Source: Amoebophrya sp. A120
Lineage: Eukaryota > Protista > Dinoflagellata
Assembly: GCA_905178155.1 (NCBI GenBank)
Contig: CAJINV010000015.1
Span: 1,477,400 to 1,541,399 of the forward strand
Length of the DNA stretch: 64,000 nucleotides
Reading direction: 5' to 3'
Each line of letters begins with the position of its first letter. Positions within the stretch are counted from its first letter, which is position 1. The notes under the pieces were generated by a model that was given only the letters and a program-made list of their open reading frames with translations, did not search any database and was not told where the DNA came from. This document shows, one piece after another, positions 26,098 to 39,184 of this stretch. A program made the translations under genes and the position numbers.

Positions 26098-29000
26098 ATG
26101 GACGGCGGCTACCAGCAGTACCAGCTGCGGCAGAAGAAGGCCAAGGAGCAGGCCCAGTTGCTGAAAAAGCAGAAGGAAGAGAAGCGGGTGAAAACCCTGT
26201 CCGACTACACGGCCGAGGCAAAAACCAAGCCGTATCCCCAGATCCGGGGGTCGAAACTGCGCCAATCTTCCGCGCTGGCACCGATCTCCGAGCCGGCGGA
26301 ATGGCTGGAGCAGAGTAGCAGCAATCGAGATGGCGGGGCGGGAGGTGGCATCATAGGCGGCGCGATCGGGGAGGAGGATGACGAATTTGAGTCACTCTGG
26401 GCGGAGGTGGGCATGAGTGGAGGGAGTGGTTCGTCCGGGACAGAAGATGCCAGTGCAACAACGACGTCTTTGACTTCGAAAAACAACACCGGGAGCAGCA
26501 GCAGCGCGGGACTGTCTACTCGCGGGCTGCTGGCGGGAGGGACGGCTTCTGCAGCGTCCACCCCTAGCAGCTCCTCCTCAGCGCAACAGGGGTCTTACCT
26601 TGCGGAATACGAGAAAAGAAGGAAGCTGTCGGGCGGCATTGCGTCAACTACATCTGGAGGCGCAACACCATCTTCATCGAGCAGTGCCGGTAATAATGGA
26701 CTTAAACTCTCCTCAAGCTACGGTGTGGTGGGGCGCTCGAAAAATGGAAGTTCTGGTGGAATCTCTGGAGCTGCGTCGTCTTCAACATCGTCCACGCCGG
26801 CGTCGTCTACATCTACGACTGCAACTAAAACCAAGCCAAAGTTCACTCCGGAACCGCGACAAGCTGCTCAGATACCGGAGGCAGGAACTACTGCTTCTTC
26901 AACATCAGTAGGAGCACCTCCGTACTACTCCGCACGGTCAGAAGACCACGAGGCAGATGAAAAGAAGAACGCCACCATCGAGCACGCCATGCGTTTGCTG
27001 GGTGCGGACGCGGAGGACAGTGCGTCTTCGTCGTCCAGTAGCTCGGCCGCGGCTTCACCTGTGGAGGACAAGAGCCATGATGACTCTGCTGAAAATAAAT
27101 CTTCCTCGTCGCTGCAGTCACAGAAGATCATCGCAAGCCAACCAAACACCTTCGTCGACGTGAAGCCGACAAAACTGATCAAAAACCATTCCGGGGAAAG
27201 CATCGACGACAGTTTGGACGAGACCACAGGAAAAGCGGTACTGGGCCCGAAGATCCACTTGGTTGCCAGTGATGAGGACGACTTGTCAGATGCGAGTCCA
27301 ACGACGGGAACTACTGGACTGGGGGGAGGAGACAATTTAAATTTCAACACCACTTCCGAGTCAAACTTTCTCAAAACCTTGCACATACTGGAGGAGGACG
27401 TGAAGCCTGGTAGTAGTTCATCATTTCCAGCGGCTGATGGACTTCCAACCGACAAGAAAGTAGAAGTCAAAGTCGACACACTGTTTGAAGACGTCGAGAG
27501 TGGAAAGAGCATGCAAAAGCGAAGTACAGATACAGAAACCACTTCCCCTCCGCCAGGACCAGGGATGAAGCAAGCAGCTCATATGTAGTGAGGTCACCGA
27601 ACGGTTCTAACCAGGGAGTTTTTTTGACAGCTACCCTGAAAAACGACCGGCAGTTTTCAAGCGGCCGGAAGCGTTTTTGCACATAAAAAATTTGCACTTA
27701 TCAAGCGGCCGGGGCTTTGAAGTCAAACAAGCCCGGTGGAAAGCTATCGATTCGCACTTGATAAAACGACGCAGGGGAGCCGGCAAAAGGGGCGCCCTTC
27801 TGAGGCGCCCACCGCCTTGATTTCTGGCGATTTGGGGCGCCCAAAAAGGGGCGCGCAAAGAACGCGCTCAAAATCAGAACAGCGAAGCAGCATGGCACGG
27901 CCGCGATTTCGGAGCACTTTAGGCGGCCGCGAAAGCGGCCGCCTTTTCGCCGCTTTCAGAGCCTGGGAAGCTTTGCAAAAAGCGCCGGCGTGAAAAATAA
28001 AAACGCGAAAAAGAAAAAGCGCCCCAGACGCGCAAAGCCAATCCGCATGCTATGGGCCCGATTTTTCTTCGCTTTTTGGGCGCCCCCCGTAGCACCCGGA
28101 TCGGCCCCATAGCATGGGGGCTGGCTTTCGGAAAGGAATTTCGGGAATTCGCCAAAATTTGTGACGTTTCTCAAGTGACCGCCATACCGTGCGGCATAAC
28201 GTTCCTCACGGTGGTATGGCGAGCCCAAAAAAAGCAAAGCCGCGGCCAAGGCGGCGGTCGGCAAAAAAACGCCCACGACCTCACTACCCCCGCCCCGGCG
28301 GCTATATTTCGTAATTCCCCGACCGTCGTTGGCGCAGTTCATCCGAGCGGCACCACCTTCGAGAGATTCGACGTGAGTGACGAGGAATCTAGTTCAGATG
28401 AGGAAGACGACGGCACGTCTGCGCCTGGAATCATCGGCGAGGAACACTCCGAGGAGGGGGACTCGGTTTTGCCGCATGTGAAAGTCTATCAAATGGAAAA
28501 ATGTCTGGGTCTGGAAACTTGTAATACTGCGTTGGGAATAGTGAATGCCCTGTAATGCACAGCCAAGCATGAGAAATATCTGCGCTTTTTTGTGTTCGCG
28601 TTTTTCGCATGACAAACTACGTTATTGCATGACAGGCAAAAGGGTCTCTTCTTGGACACGCATCGCAAGCTTTTTGGTCATGCCAGACAAGCATGACAAA
28701 TCTCGCAATCTTGCAGACCCAGACATATTTACAATTCACAAAGTCGATTTGGACACCAGTTCGGTGAAGGAAGAAAATGAAAATGAAAATTCGTTTGAAG
28801 GCGCGGCTTCAGGGAGCAGGCAGGGGAAAGTGAAAGACAAACAAGTAGTAGATGCTCCGGCTGGAGGGGACGGCGACTCTGACACTTCCGAAGAGGACGG
28901 GGGAAATGAGGACGATTCTGACGGCGAGATTGAGAGATTCGACGTGGTACAGCCAGGAGATGACCATCAAGACGAGCAAGGTCACCGAGCAGGAACCACA

Positions 29001-32000
29001 ACACTGCACCAACACGAAATAATATCCGCCAGAAGCCCCGGGCAGTCTCAGACCTTCGATGCTGCGAACGCGACCTCCGCTGCGCAGAGTCCGCTGCAGG
29101 ACGGCCCGGTCACCGCTGAGGATGATGATGTGATTTGGCCGAGTAACGAAGAAAAAAGTGTTAACGTAGAAAACGGTTTTCACGGAAGATTCCAGTCATG
29201 CATTTACAGATTTTGCCTACCACGCATGCTATGCAATACAAATTTTGAAAGTCGTGTGCTTCTGCATCATGCGTTATTGCATCACAGATTCCGTTAACGT
29301 TCCCGCTTTTTCCTGTGATACCCAGTCACGAAGAAAAATCCTCCGTCGACGGATCGGCGACGTCGCCGACGAAAGACCTGTTGATACCCCTCCCCCGGAC
29401 AAAATCCGAGCAGCAACAGGAAAGTAATGCTAAATCTGCTTCTGCTTCTTCGGGACCGCGAAGTAGAACCGGAACACTAGTAAACGGGAAGCAGAACGAC
29501 AACCACAGCGGCGACCAGATGCAGCTGAGTCCGACTTTATCTGGGGAGAGAACGCCGGTGGAGATGCTGCATGAGGTTTTGGAGTTCCGAGAGCGGAATT
29601 TGCCAAAGGAAAGGGCGGATAAAAATTCTTCACCTGCTGGGAGTAGTGGCGGCAACGTCAAGCACTCGCCTACCAGCCCCGTGGTCAGCCCCGCGACGAA
29701 AGTGATTGTGGAGGATTTGGCAAGGGAAACCGCGGAAAGTATTCTGTCGAAATCCACCCGGGGGATCGGGGAGGGAGCGCCGCAAGAGGGAAGTTATGAT
29801 GCCGAAGCTCCTGTGTTCTTGCAGGACCTGCAAACGAACGAGCAGAACGACGTTTCTATCGTGATTCCTTTCTCGCCGATGGAAGAGCAGGATGGTGTGC
29901 TGGTCAAGGTGGAGAATGAGTACAATATTACGTCGTCTTCACCAGCACGGCCAGGAGACAAAAGCCACAAAGCTGCAGTAGAAAAAGAACGACCAGATGA
30001 GGAAAAGGATCTCGTCCTCCAGCCGTTCAAACAGGAAATATCAAATGTAAAAATGTCTGGGTCTGGAAGAATGCAACTTGTCATGCTAAATCTGAAGCAT
30101 GCAAAAATCTGTGTTGCGTGATTGCCAAAAGTCGCCCACTTTTGACCAAGTCGGGAGGCAGTTTCTCATGCAGGATAGGTATGAGAAAGATCGCGCAGAA
30201 TCTGTCATGCTAGGTCCTGCATTCCAGACCTCATGGGTCATGGAAAAGCTGCATGACAAATCGCGCATTCTTCCAGACCCAGACCTTTTTACATTTGATA
30301 GGAAAGGAAGCAAGGCAATTTGAACAGCGTGTTGGCTGCGTTCCAAGCCGGAATAGACCAGATAGAAACGGGGAAAACTACGGACGATGGTCCTGATAGT
30401 AGAGTAGACGACGGAAGAGCATCTTCAAACAGAAGAGAGAACAACGAGATGAAGGGGCAGGCGGCATCAGGTTCTGCTTCTTCGGGGGCTAGAGAACAAG
30501 ACGATGTTGACCATGCACACGGGGGAGAAACCTCGCCGCTTCCCGCGGGAACTAGGACAGACAAAAACGCCAATTTTATCCCACGAAAAAACTGTTTCAC
30601 TGTGATGATTTTGCAAGAACCGCATGACAAGCTTGTTACACATGACACAGAAAATTTGCCATGCGCGTCCCCCAAGGGAAAACACGCTTGAAAATCCAAT
30701 GTCTTGGAGGTGTAGCAAGACAAATAGTTCTGCATTCCGTTTTCTGCATCACAAGTTCACAGTGAAACAGTTTTTTTCTTGGATAAATTTCCTCGCAGAA
30801 TTCGATATCGATGACGACCTGGAGGCGATCTACGCTTCGATATGAACTGCAAAAGTATCGTACTCGTAGTAATTGCTTGCAGTCATGCATTACAATTTTT
30901 TTCCCTGAAGTAAATCCGCATGACAAATTTTCTTTCTCATGCTGACGGAATTTGTAATGCATTTATACGAGTACGATACTTTTGCAATGCATATTCGAAC
31001 GCTAGGAACAATAACCCACTGCAGCATCTAAATACCTTCACCAATCAGAAACAAGAAACTAATCTCGGCAAGAAGAACTCATCTTCTAGTCGAAACAAAA
31101 ACGCGGACGGACTTTCCATGCAGGGCATGTTGGCGGGAAGCAACACAGCCACACAATCTAACGTTCCTGATGGGTCAACATCTTCTACCACGGGGACCAC
31201 GACCGCCAAGCAGGAGTTTATTATGTCCAGCAAGCCGGCCGGGAAGTCGAAGTTCGTAGCGAGGCAAGACCCCTTCGAAGCGGCGTTGCGACAAAAGATG
31301 CAGAACAAAGAGAAGGTGAGTGGTACTTCTTCTAAGAATGCGCAGTTGAACTTGAACAACAGCAGTGTAGGGTTGAAAACAGGGGAAACGCCTCCCGAGG
31401 ATCCACAAGGCGGAGGTACTAGAAAGGATTCGACGGAATTGTTCCAAGATGCCGACAGCGATTTGGGGCTCACATCTCCCGCGTCTTCAGCGAAGAAAAG
31501 CCCGACAGGAAAAAATGAAGATGAACGAGGTGAAAGAGTAGTAGAACAGGCAAGCAGTAGCAGCTCCAGTAAAATAAAGAATGACAGAAATAAGAAATCT
31601 TCTGCACAAGCGGGCTACTCAGCGCCCAACGTTTCCGAGCAGGTCAGCTCTGTTCTTTCGCAGTACCGCAGGCCGGATTTGAAGGAAAGCTTGGAGAAAC
31701 TGGAAAGAGAAATCAAGGAATCCAGGGGCTTGGGGAAAAATGCGAAAAGAAGTGAGGGGGAAGCACAACAGGGGAAGTTACTCGAGGAGGGTTCGGGGAA
31801 AGAGTATTCGTTTTTATGTATGAGGAGGTGTGGTCTTTCTAGGCTTGTTAGGGGCGCAAATGATCGTAGTTCATGGAATATTAAACTTGCAAGAACTTCT
31901 AAAAATCGCACAAAAACCTAAACCAGCGACGACGACTTCCGTTTCCCGGATCATGCGGGTCCCGACTCCATCCCGGATGAGCCAACCGACCAGGCGGAAA

Positions 32001-35000
32001 TAGACCGTTTGGAAAAACAGGAGCGGGCAATGTGGGACGAACTGGAAAAGAAACCGAAAGTGGCGAAAAAGGGCGCCATACAGCCGAAAACGCAAGAGTC
32101 CCTTATAACCCGCTCAGGTGTTACAATCTCAAACGTTGCAATAGAGTCTGAGTCTTGTCTTGCATGATGAGCATGATCTAGCCAACTCTCATAGGGTTGC
32201 GCTGACAAGTTCCGGAGCTCCAAACCCCACTACAATCGGGGGAAATTTGTATTGCAAAAGGTGGATGAACGCTGTGAGAGTCTGTCATGCCCATGATGCA
32301 ACACAAATTCCAGATTCTATTGCAACGTTTGAGATTGTAACGCTTGAGTAGGTCATATCCCTGCTGAGCTACCGGGAGTTTGTCCAGGACTATCTCATGA
32401 GCTTGGGGGTAAGTATGAGTAAGCAGGAAGTAGCACAAGTACTTGTTGGAATTAGGTCCTCCACGTGTTTTACTGTGTGCACCTTGTTAAGCTTTCACTT
32501 TCTGTTATGGTGCTTCAGTAGATGGTCTTGCATGATTCAGTCTATGTGGGAAAGATGAAAATGAACGTGATACTCCTGGTGAAGATGTATTAGCACAATA
32601 TCCACCAGCATCACATTCACATTATTAAATCATCTTCTATCCTATCTTCCCAGGACCAGCCCGGCGCACCATCTTCGAGCGGCGCCTTTTCCACCGCGCA
32701 GTCCCGTAGTACTGGCTCGTCAAGTAAGAGCTCCTCCTCGTCTGCCCTCTGCTGCCTCCTGCCCTCCTCCGCGGCCATCACCGACCCGGAAATGCTGCGG
32801 GAGAAGCAATATGCACTGCAAATATGCCAGGCTGGAAGGATGCAACTTGTGATGCACATTTCACACAACACAAAGATCTGTCATGCATACACGGCAAATG
32901 CGTATGCGGCCCAAAAGTTGGAACCGAAAGATAAGATTTGTCATGTGGATTAGGCAGTGAGACACGTCGTTCTCAAGACGTGTCATGCCAGGACTTGCAT
33001 GCCAAACTTTCTGGGTCACGCAAAACCTGCAAGACATCAAACTTCTGCATTCGCCCAGACCCAGACATATTTGCATTTGATAAGCAAATCATCAACAAAC
33101 TCGCCTTCCACACCAACTACGAGCCCAGCGGCAACGAAACGCACTTACGCGCGTTGGGGACGCTGTACAAGAAGCTCACCACCTCCCCCACGTCCCTATG
33201 AACTGCATATTAGAAAGTATCGTACTCGCACAAATGCCAGATGACTTGCAACATGACAAATTTGGCTTCTTAGTTAACTCGGCCTGACAAATTCCATTTG
33301 TCATGTTGAGAAAATTTGAAATGCGATTTATTTCCCTACTAGTACGCTATCGCTACTTCAACTTCTGCAATTCATAATCCCCCTTGCCGGTGGATTCCCG
33401 GTGGGAGGTGCTCGGCTTCCAGAACACGGACCCGAAAACCGATATGGGGTTCTCAAACGTTACATTCTCAACTGTTATATGCTTTCTCATGGAAAGTGAC
33501 CATGACCCGCCAGACGATCAAGCTGCTGCGCATGACAAATTCTCGGCGGGCTAAACAGCACTATAATCCGCACCGAACCTGTAATGCAAGACGCGCAAGA
33601 ATCTCCCTCTCACCTGTGCTAGTCTTGCATTACAAACTCATGTATATTAACAGTTGAGAATGTAACGTTTGAGAACGGCGCCATAACCGACCTGAACCGG
33701 TTCGGGAAGATGTGCAACGTGTGGCACTTGCTCCACTTTTACTACAAGGACGGGGCGCTGTATCACGAGAAAAAAGTATTACAGTTACACATTTGTTGGA
33801 GTTTCTGCATCACAAGTTTTCTCTGTGTGGCAAAGGAGACCTGTAAGGCGAAGATCATAAGGGAAAACAGGAAGGAAACGAGGCTCCCAAGCATTTTCTG
33901 CATGAGAAAGGTTGTCTGTGTTGCCGGTCTTGCAACACATGTAACACTTTTTTCTTGCGATACGCTGCTGGAGAAGATGTGGCTCTTGTCGCAGGACTCC
34001 GTGCAGGAATTCCCGCTCTTCTGCACGTCGATCCAGTTTATCCAATGCAAAAATGTCTGGGTCTGGAAGACTTTGAGATTTGTCATGCTTGTCTGGCATG
34101 ACCAAAAAGTTTGTGATGCGTGTCCAAGAAGAGACCCTTTTGCCTGTCATGCAAAAACGCAGTTTGTCATGCGAAAAACGCGAAAAAATATTTCTCATGC
34201 TTGCCTGTGCATTACAGAGCGTTCACTATTCCCAACGCAGCATTACAAGTTGAAGTTTCCAGGCCCAGACATTTTTGCAGTTGATCCAGTTCTCGAAGCT
34301 CGTTTTGGAAATCTTTTACACGCCCACGGAGATCTATCGCAGGAAAAAACTGTTTCACTGTAAACTTGTAATGCAGAAAAAGCATCGCAGAAGTGTTTGT
34401 GTTGCTACACATGCAAGACAAATGATTTTTAGCCGTGTTTTCCCTTAGCATCCTCGCATGGCAAGCTATGTTTGTATGTCATGTGTAACGAACTTGTGAT
34501 GCAAAACTTGCAAAATCCTTAGAGTGAAACACTTTTTTCGTACGATAAGATCAACCCGGAGCATGGGGGCGTCATCGAGGACCAGTACAAGTCGGCCCGG
34601 GGGAAATTGGTCAGGTTTTTGAACTCGGCCAACCTCGGCGTCATCGACGGGTTGGCCTTTGTGCAGAACGCGCTGTTGTTTGCGTTCTATGACCGGTGGC
34701 AATCGGAAGTGCTGACGATAACGGCCTTCGGCAAGGTCTACAAAGACATCGAGACGGTGTGCAGGACGAAGAACCTGATCAGTACAGGATACTTGTGGAT
34801 TTATCATGCGGTTTTGTGCTATGAGAAGAGACTTTGTCATGCTAATATACAAAAACAAGGTTTCGTAAACCGGTACAACGAGTACAAAGAGCACCTTCGA
34901 AAAGCGAACGACCCAGTATCGCCGGCTCAGATAGAACAATCTCGAATCGAACAATTTGTCATGCAGAAGTGCAGAAACCAGACGAGATTCTGCTTTTGCG

Positions 35001-35199
35001 CTCAATGCAATACAAGTTGCGGGTACAACTTCTAGTTCTACTTTTACATTTGTTCGTGTTCAGATTGCTCCAGCTGAGCAAGGCATACCCATCACGCCTC
35101 GAGTTTACTGACCTCGGCGGATCGAGAGCGCAGCCAGCGGCGACGAAGATGTCAAGGGCTGAGCAAAAGCGGTTGAACCAATACGCGAATCAGGATTGA
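26098..35199 (+). CDS. ELMO/CED-12 domain protein (ELMOD-like, putative Arf-family GAP) with a long Ser/acidic low-complexity N-terminus
   Basis: Spliced C-terminal region reads YEPSGNETHLRALGTLYKKL...RWEVLGFQNTDPKTDLNRFG...LLHF...QEFPLFCTSIQF...LFAFYDRWQSEVLTITAFGKV, the ELMO-domain pattern (W..LGFQ..DP.TD; FP). About 15 introners, most verified in frame. Confidence 0.85.
27582..28336. mobile_element. Large non-canonical intron containing a GC-rich TIR element (GTAGTGAGGTC 27585-27595 / GACCTCACTAC 28276-28286)
   Basis: DR GCTCA/GTTCA; removing 760 nt joins QAAH|PSGTTFERF in frame. Confidence 0.65.
28487..28740. mobile_element. Introner intron, family A
   Basis: DR AAGTC/AAGTC; frame matches. 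Confidence 0.9.
29144..29320. mobile_element. Introner intron, diverged family C-like
   Basis: DR CCGAG/CCCAG; frame matches. Confidence 0.75.
30039..30300. mobile_element. Introner intron, family A
   Basis: DR GGAAA/GGAAA. Confidence 0.9.
30577..30785. mobile_element. Introner intron, family D (TIR TATC...GAAAAAACTGTTTCACTGTGA)
   Basis: DR AATTT/AATTT. Confidence 0.9.
30841..30993. mobile_element. Introner intron, family B
   Basis: DR TTCGA/TTCGA. Confidence 0.9.
32104..32357. mobile_element. Introner intron (TIR ...GTTACAATCTCAAACGTTGCAATAGA)
   Basis: DR TCCCT/TCCCT; ~40-bp TIR. Confidence 0.9.
32810..33082. mobile_element. Introner intron, family A
   Basis: DR AGCAA/AGCAA. Confidence 0.9.
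33197..33376. mobile_element. Introner intron, family B (diverged)
   Basis: DR GTCCC/ATCCC. Confidence 0.85.
33443..33685. mobile_element. Introner intron (TIR TATGG..GTTCTCAAACGTTACATTCTCAACTGTTA)
   Basis: DR ACCGA/ACCGA; splits the ELMO DPKTD|LNR motif. Confidence 0.9.
33761..33962. mobile_element. Introner intron, family C
   Basis: DR CGCTG/CGCTG. Confidence 0.9.
34039..34286. mobile_element. Introner intron, family A
   Basis: DR CAGTT/CAGTT. Confidence 0.9.
34335..34547. mobile_element. Introner intron, family D
   Basis: DR AGATC/AGATC. Confidence 0.9.
34783..34867. mobile_element. Very short degenerate introner
   Basis: TAC...GTA ends, internal TGTCATGC; 90 nt removal is in frame and the sequence is stop-free. 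Confidence 0.5.
34916..35073 (+). other. Introner-like intron with GT-AG-compatible ends
   Basis: Starts G|TATCG, contains TGTCATGC, flanks CCCAG/TCCAG. Confidence 0.5.
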
Positions 35200-36031
35200 T
35201 GTAGTTCTAGGCGTGGCCCCTCTACTTGAGCTGCAGAGGTTCGAGCTCTAGTAGGGCGCAGATAATTTTATGAAATATTTATCGTGACAAAAATATGATG
35301 ACGGCAGCGATAGCAGCAGCGAACTGCAGCACTACATGATGAAAAATTTATCGACTTATCCGTGGGTGGTGAAAACAACTGATCAACAAGAACAAAGGAA
35401 GTGTAAGGAGCAAATCCAGACGAGACCATTGAAGACACACTGAATATTAAAACGCGTTCAATATAGTCGCTTGGATTTTTTGTACGAGCAGAAATGTTTC
35501 ATTGAGCTGCGCCTGCCCCTGCGTGGCAATTTCGACGTATGCGCCGTCCCTGAGAATTTTGAAGTCTAACTCTTTTCGAAAGACCGGACAGTCGCGATTA
35601 CCGAAATTGTTCGCAGGTGAAATTTTTGAATCACATACGGTGGAACCACCTGCGACGCCGGCGAAACAATTTCATACATTCTTCGAAAGACTCAGTACGC
35701 GTTTCGGCAGGGGCGGTGTCAGTATTGCTTGAGTGTCCGTTCTCTACAGACCCAAGAAAGAAATCGGTATGAACTACATATGTGGTTTACCCCTCCTTGT
35801 TCTCGTGCTTTGCTAAAATCCTTGCTAAAATCCGGTTAGAAACAGCGTCGAAACTACGTCAACGAAAGAGGCAAAGGTTGTCCGCGCACAGACCGTCACG
35901 CGGCGTGAGCAGTTATTTCGTTTGATGTTTTCATCGTCCAGGGTCATTGTCGTCCTTCTTCTCAGTCGTTCACCAGGTTGTCATTGTCATTTTAGTTTTT
36001 TTGTTTCTACTACTAAAATAACAGCAGGCGG

Positions 36032-36241
36032 TATCCGACGAAAAAAGTGTTACAGTTACACATTTGTAGTGAATTCAGCAACACAAATTTCTCTGCATGA
36101 GAGAGAAAACTTGTAATGCAGAAATCCTACGGGAAAACACCTATGAAACGAGGCTCCTATGCATATCCGGCATGACAGAGCTTGTCTGTCTTGCTTGGCC
36201 TGCAACACAATGTGTAACTGTAACACTTTTTTCTTGCGATA
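36032..36241. mobile_element. Introner, family C (reverse orientation of 16276-16485)
   Basis: DR GGCGG/GGCGG. Confidence 0.9.
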
Positions 36242-38035
36242 GGCGGAGAATTGAGTCTTTATCGCAAAAAAACAGTCATCAAACCGCCCCGTTCGTTCCA
36301 ATCGTCCTTCACGCAGTCGTATGCAAAAACAATCTGAACCGGAGCAAAGCTCTAAGTCTACTCCGCCCGCACTGCCGGCCCCGACAAAGATCCCACCCGC
36401 ACGGGAGAGCGGCCAAAGCTGGCTAAATTGAATTCCTCCGTCTTTTTCCTCCTCGGACGACAATAAGTATGGATAATTGTTGGTTTCGAGCATCTCCATG
36501 ACCTTCTGTTTAGGCAGGGTCGTCTTTTTGAGAAGTTGGTTGCTCTTCTTCGGATGATAGATTTATTCCGATCGATGTTCGGTCGTGAAGATGTTTGGCG
36601 TTTTTGTGTTTCCACGCCAGGACTTGACATGGTGTTTTAGTTGAAGAGAGGATCGACTCAAGGATTTAGTTTGAATATTACGCATCTCAACGAATTACTT
36701 TACACAGAAATGCCGCCATCGACAATGCCGCAACCGACGATCGTCTTGTGACGGTGTCCTTCACTACGGTGTCAGAAATGCCGCAATCGACAATGCCGCA
36801 ACCGACTACGTACTCTTCACTACCTGTTTCCGTCCCGGTTCCGCCACCAGCGCAAAAAGGTTTAGAGGGTTTTCGGGGTTTAGGGTTCTTAATTTGATTT
36901 TACTATCTGCGGCTAGCGCAAGGGACGAGCCGAAGGTGGGAACAGCTAAAAATGGATGCGCGCCGTAGCCTGTTATTTCAGGGTTTTACTTCGGGGAGGG
37001 GGTAGAAGTACTGCTTGTACAGTTTTCTTTGCTTGCTTCCGACAAAAAAAAAGTCTTTACTGATTTTGTCATTTCCGTCACCTTTTCGTTCATTTCCTTT
37101 TCCATGTTAAAGTAATTATATTATCATTCCCCCGCTGGTTCAACAGTTAAGAGAATGCTTTCAGACTGATTTTTTTAGTTTTTTTGCGTCCACTACTAAA
37201 AAAGGCGGAGCGAGTGAGTATCTATTTATGGCAAAAAAAAAATCGTATGGAAGATCCCACCCGCACGGGAGAGCGGCCACGATGCCCACGACCCCGTCCC
37301 AGCGGTGGAAACCCCCCTGCCGGACGCCCACGCTGCGTAAGCATATTACTTATTTATGTAACGACGTGCAGGATCAAGAACAAAGGGAGGCTATTTGAAT
37401 TATAGGATCCTGCGCTGTTTTTTCCTGTGGATATCAAGGACGCAGATTAAATACTTACGATGTTATCAAAAATCGCTGAGGTTCCTACACCTCTGGGGTT
37501 TGTGATAATGGGCTCCGGTTTTCTGGAGAAGGGCTCTTGAACAACAGGGAGCCGTGTTCTACTTCACGGATTTTGAAAAGTCAAGACGTTTGCTGGTTTC
37601 AGTTTCTGTCGGGGACTGAGGTAGTAGTTATCGTCCTCTCGTCGTAAAGGAGAAAAAGAAATCCAAAAAACGCGCGGACTTTTCGACTACATCCCGTTCT
37701 TCAACTCCTTCCCGTTTATCGCGAAAGCGAGGACGAAGTGTGTTTTCGTATATATCTTTTCGGATTCAGACTTAGACTTACAAACAGCGTCGAAACTACG
37801 TCAACGAAAGTGGCTAAGGTTGCCCGTGCATGAACCGTCACGCGGCGCGAGCAGTTATTTCGTTTGATTTTCGTTGTTTGCGTAAACAGGTGTGAAGGGT
37901 CCTCCTCCTCCTCCTCTTATTTCGTTTGATTTTTTCATCGTCCTGGGTCATTGTCGTCCTTCTTCTCAGTCGTTCACCAGGTTGTCATTGTCATTTTAGT
38001 TTTTTTGTTTCTACTACTAAAATAACAGCAGGCGG

Positions 38036-38245
38036 TATCCGACGAAAAAAGTGTTACAGTTACACATTTGTAGTGAATTCAGCAACACAAATTTCTCTGC
38101 ATGAGAGAGAAAACTTGTAATGCAGAAATCCTACGGGAAAACACCTATGAAACGAGGCTCCTATGCATATCCGGCATGACAGAGCTTGTCTGTCTTGCTT
38201 GGCCTGCAACACAATGTGTAACTGTAACACTTTTTTCTTGCGATA
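38036..38245. mobile_element. Introner, family C (duplicated copy)
   Basis: DR GGCGG/GGCGG. Confidence 0.9.
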
Positions 38246-38318
38246 GGCGGAGAATTGAGTCTTTATCGCAAAAAAACAGTCATCAAACCGCCCCGTTCGT
38301 TCCAATCGTCCTTCACGC

Positions 38319-39184
38319 CGTTCGTTCCAATGCACGCGGTTTGTGATGCTGTGGGGCCTACAGGTACAGAGTACACGGCTGCCATGCTAGGGGCTTACGT
38401 CAGAGCCGTTCTACTCAGGCTCGGTATGGGCTTGCAGTCCTCTACTGCAAGACAGACCTGATTTGTGTACGCAAATCCAGCATCAGAAACTTCCTTTTGA
38501 TAGGGGGAGGGGGGAGTTTTCCTTTTGATACGCAACGCTGTGCAGAGCCGGGGAAGCTAGGGCACAAGGAATCGGGAGCAATCCAAAATTGGTGCATAAA
38601 TTTATAGTTCTTTAGTATCACATAATTCATTGATGTCCTCATGAGGGTGCATTCTTAAAAATGCACATGTCATCTAACAGGACTTTAAGATCAAGTTCAT
38701 AGGCACAGTGACATCTTCGACCTGTGGGGCACTACTTAGTACAATTCGGAAATATTAACCCGCGAGGCTTCTAGAAGAACCTTGCTCTCGAACTTGAACT
38801 CAAACTCAACAAATGTCAGGATCATGAATCCGGACGACGATGGGTGGAAGTATGGCAATCCTCCGGGGCAGTTGACTTGGGCCGGGTGGGGCAGGCCGAA
38901 GGAGGAGCGCACCGCGTTTTTCATATCAAATGCAAAAATGTCTGGGTCTGGAAGGTGGTAACTTGTGATGCTGAATCTGCATCATGCTAAAATCTGTGTT
39001 GCATGAGTGCCAACAGCTGTCCACTTTGGACCAAGTTGGGAGGTTTTTTCTCATGCAGGATAGGCATGTTAGAGATCTCTCAGATTTTGTCATGCTAGGT
39101 CCGGCATTCCAGACCTCATGGGTCATGGAAAATCTGCATGACAAGTTGCAACCTTCCAGACCCAGACATTTTTGCACTTGATAT
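38319..39184 (+). pseudogene. Captured internal fragment of a GH45 paralog (partial family F introner, exon, canonical intron, exon, family A introner)
   Basis: Matches 45821-45914 plus 50470-51033; flanked by a 59-bp perfect duplication. Confidence 0.85.
38924..39183. mobile_element. Introner, family A, within the captured fragment
   Basis: Same sequence as 50773-51032 by eye. Confidence 0.9.

Noticed and set aside
28487-34547. CRISPR-like array suggested by recurring ATGTCTGGGTCTGGAA repeats
   Set aside because: The repeats are inverted pairs bounding ~260-bp elements with irregular spacing, the 'spacers' are exons, and there are no cas genes
36858-36888. Telomere-like TTTAGGG sequence (also near 59410)
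   Set aside because: Only 1-3 degenerate units
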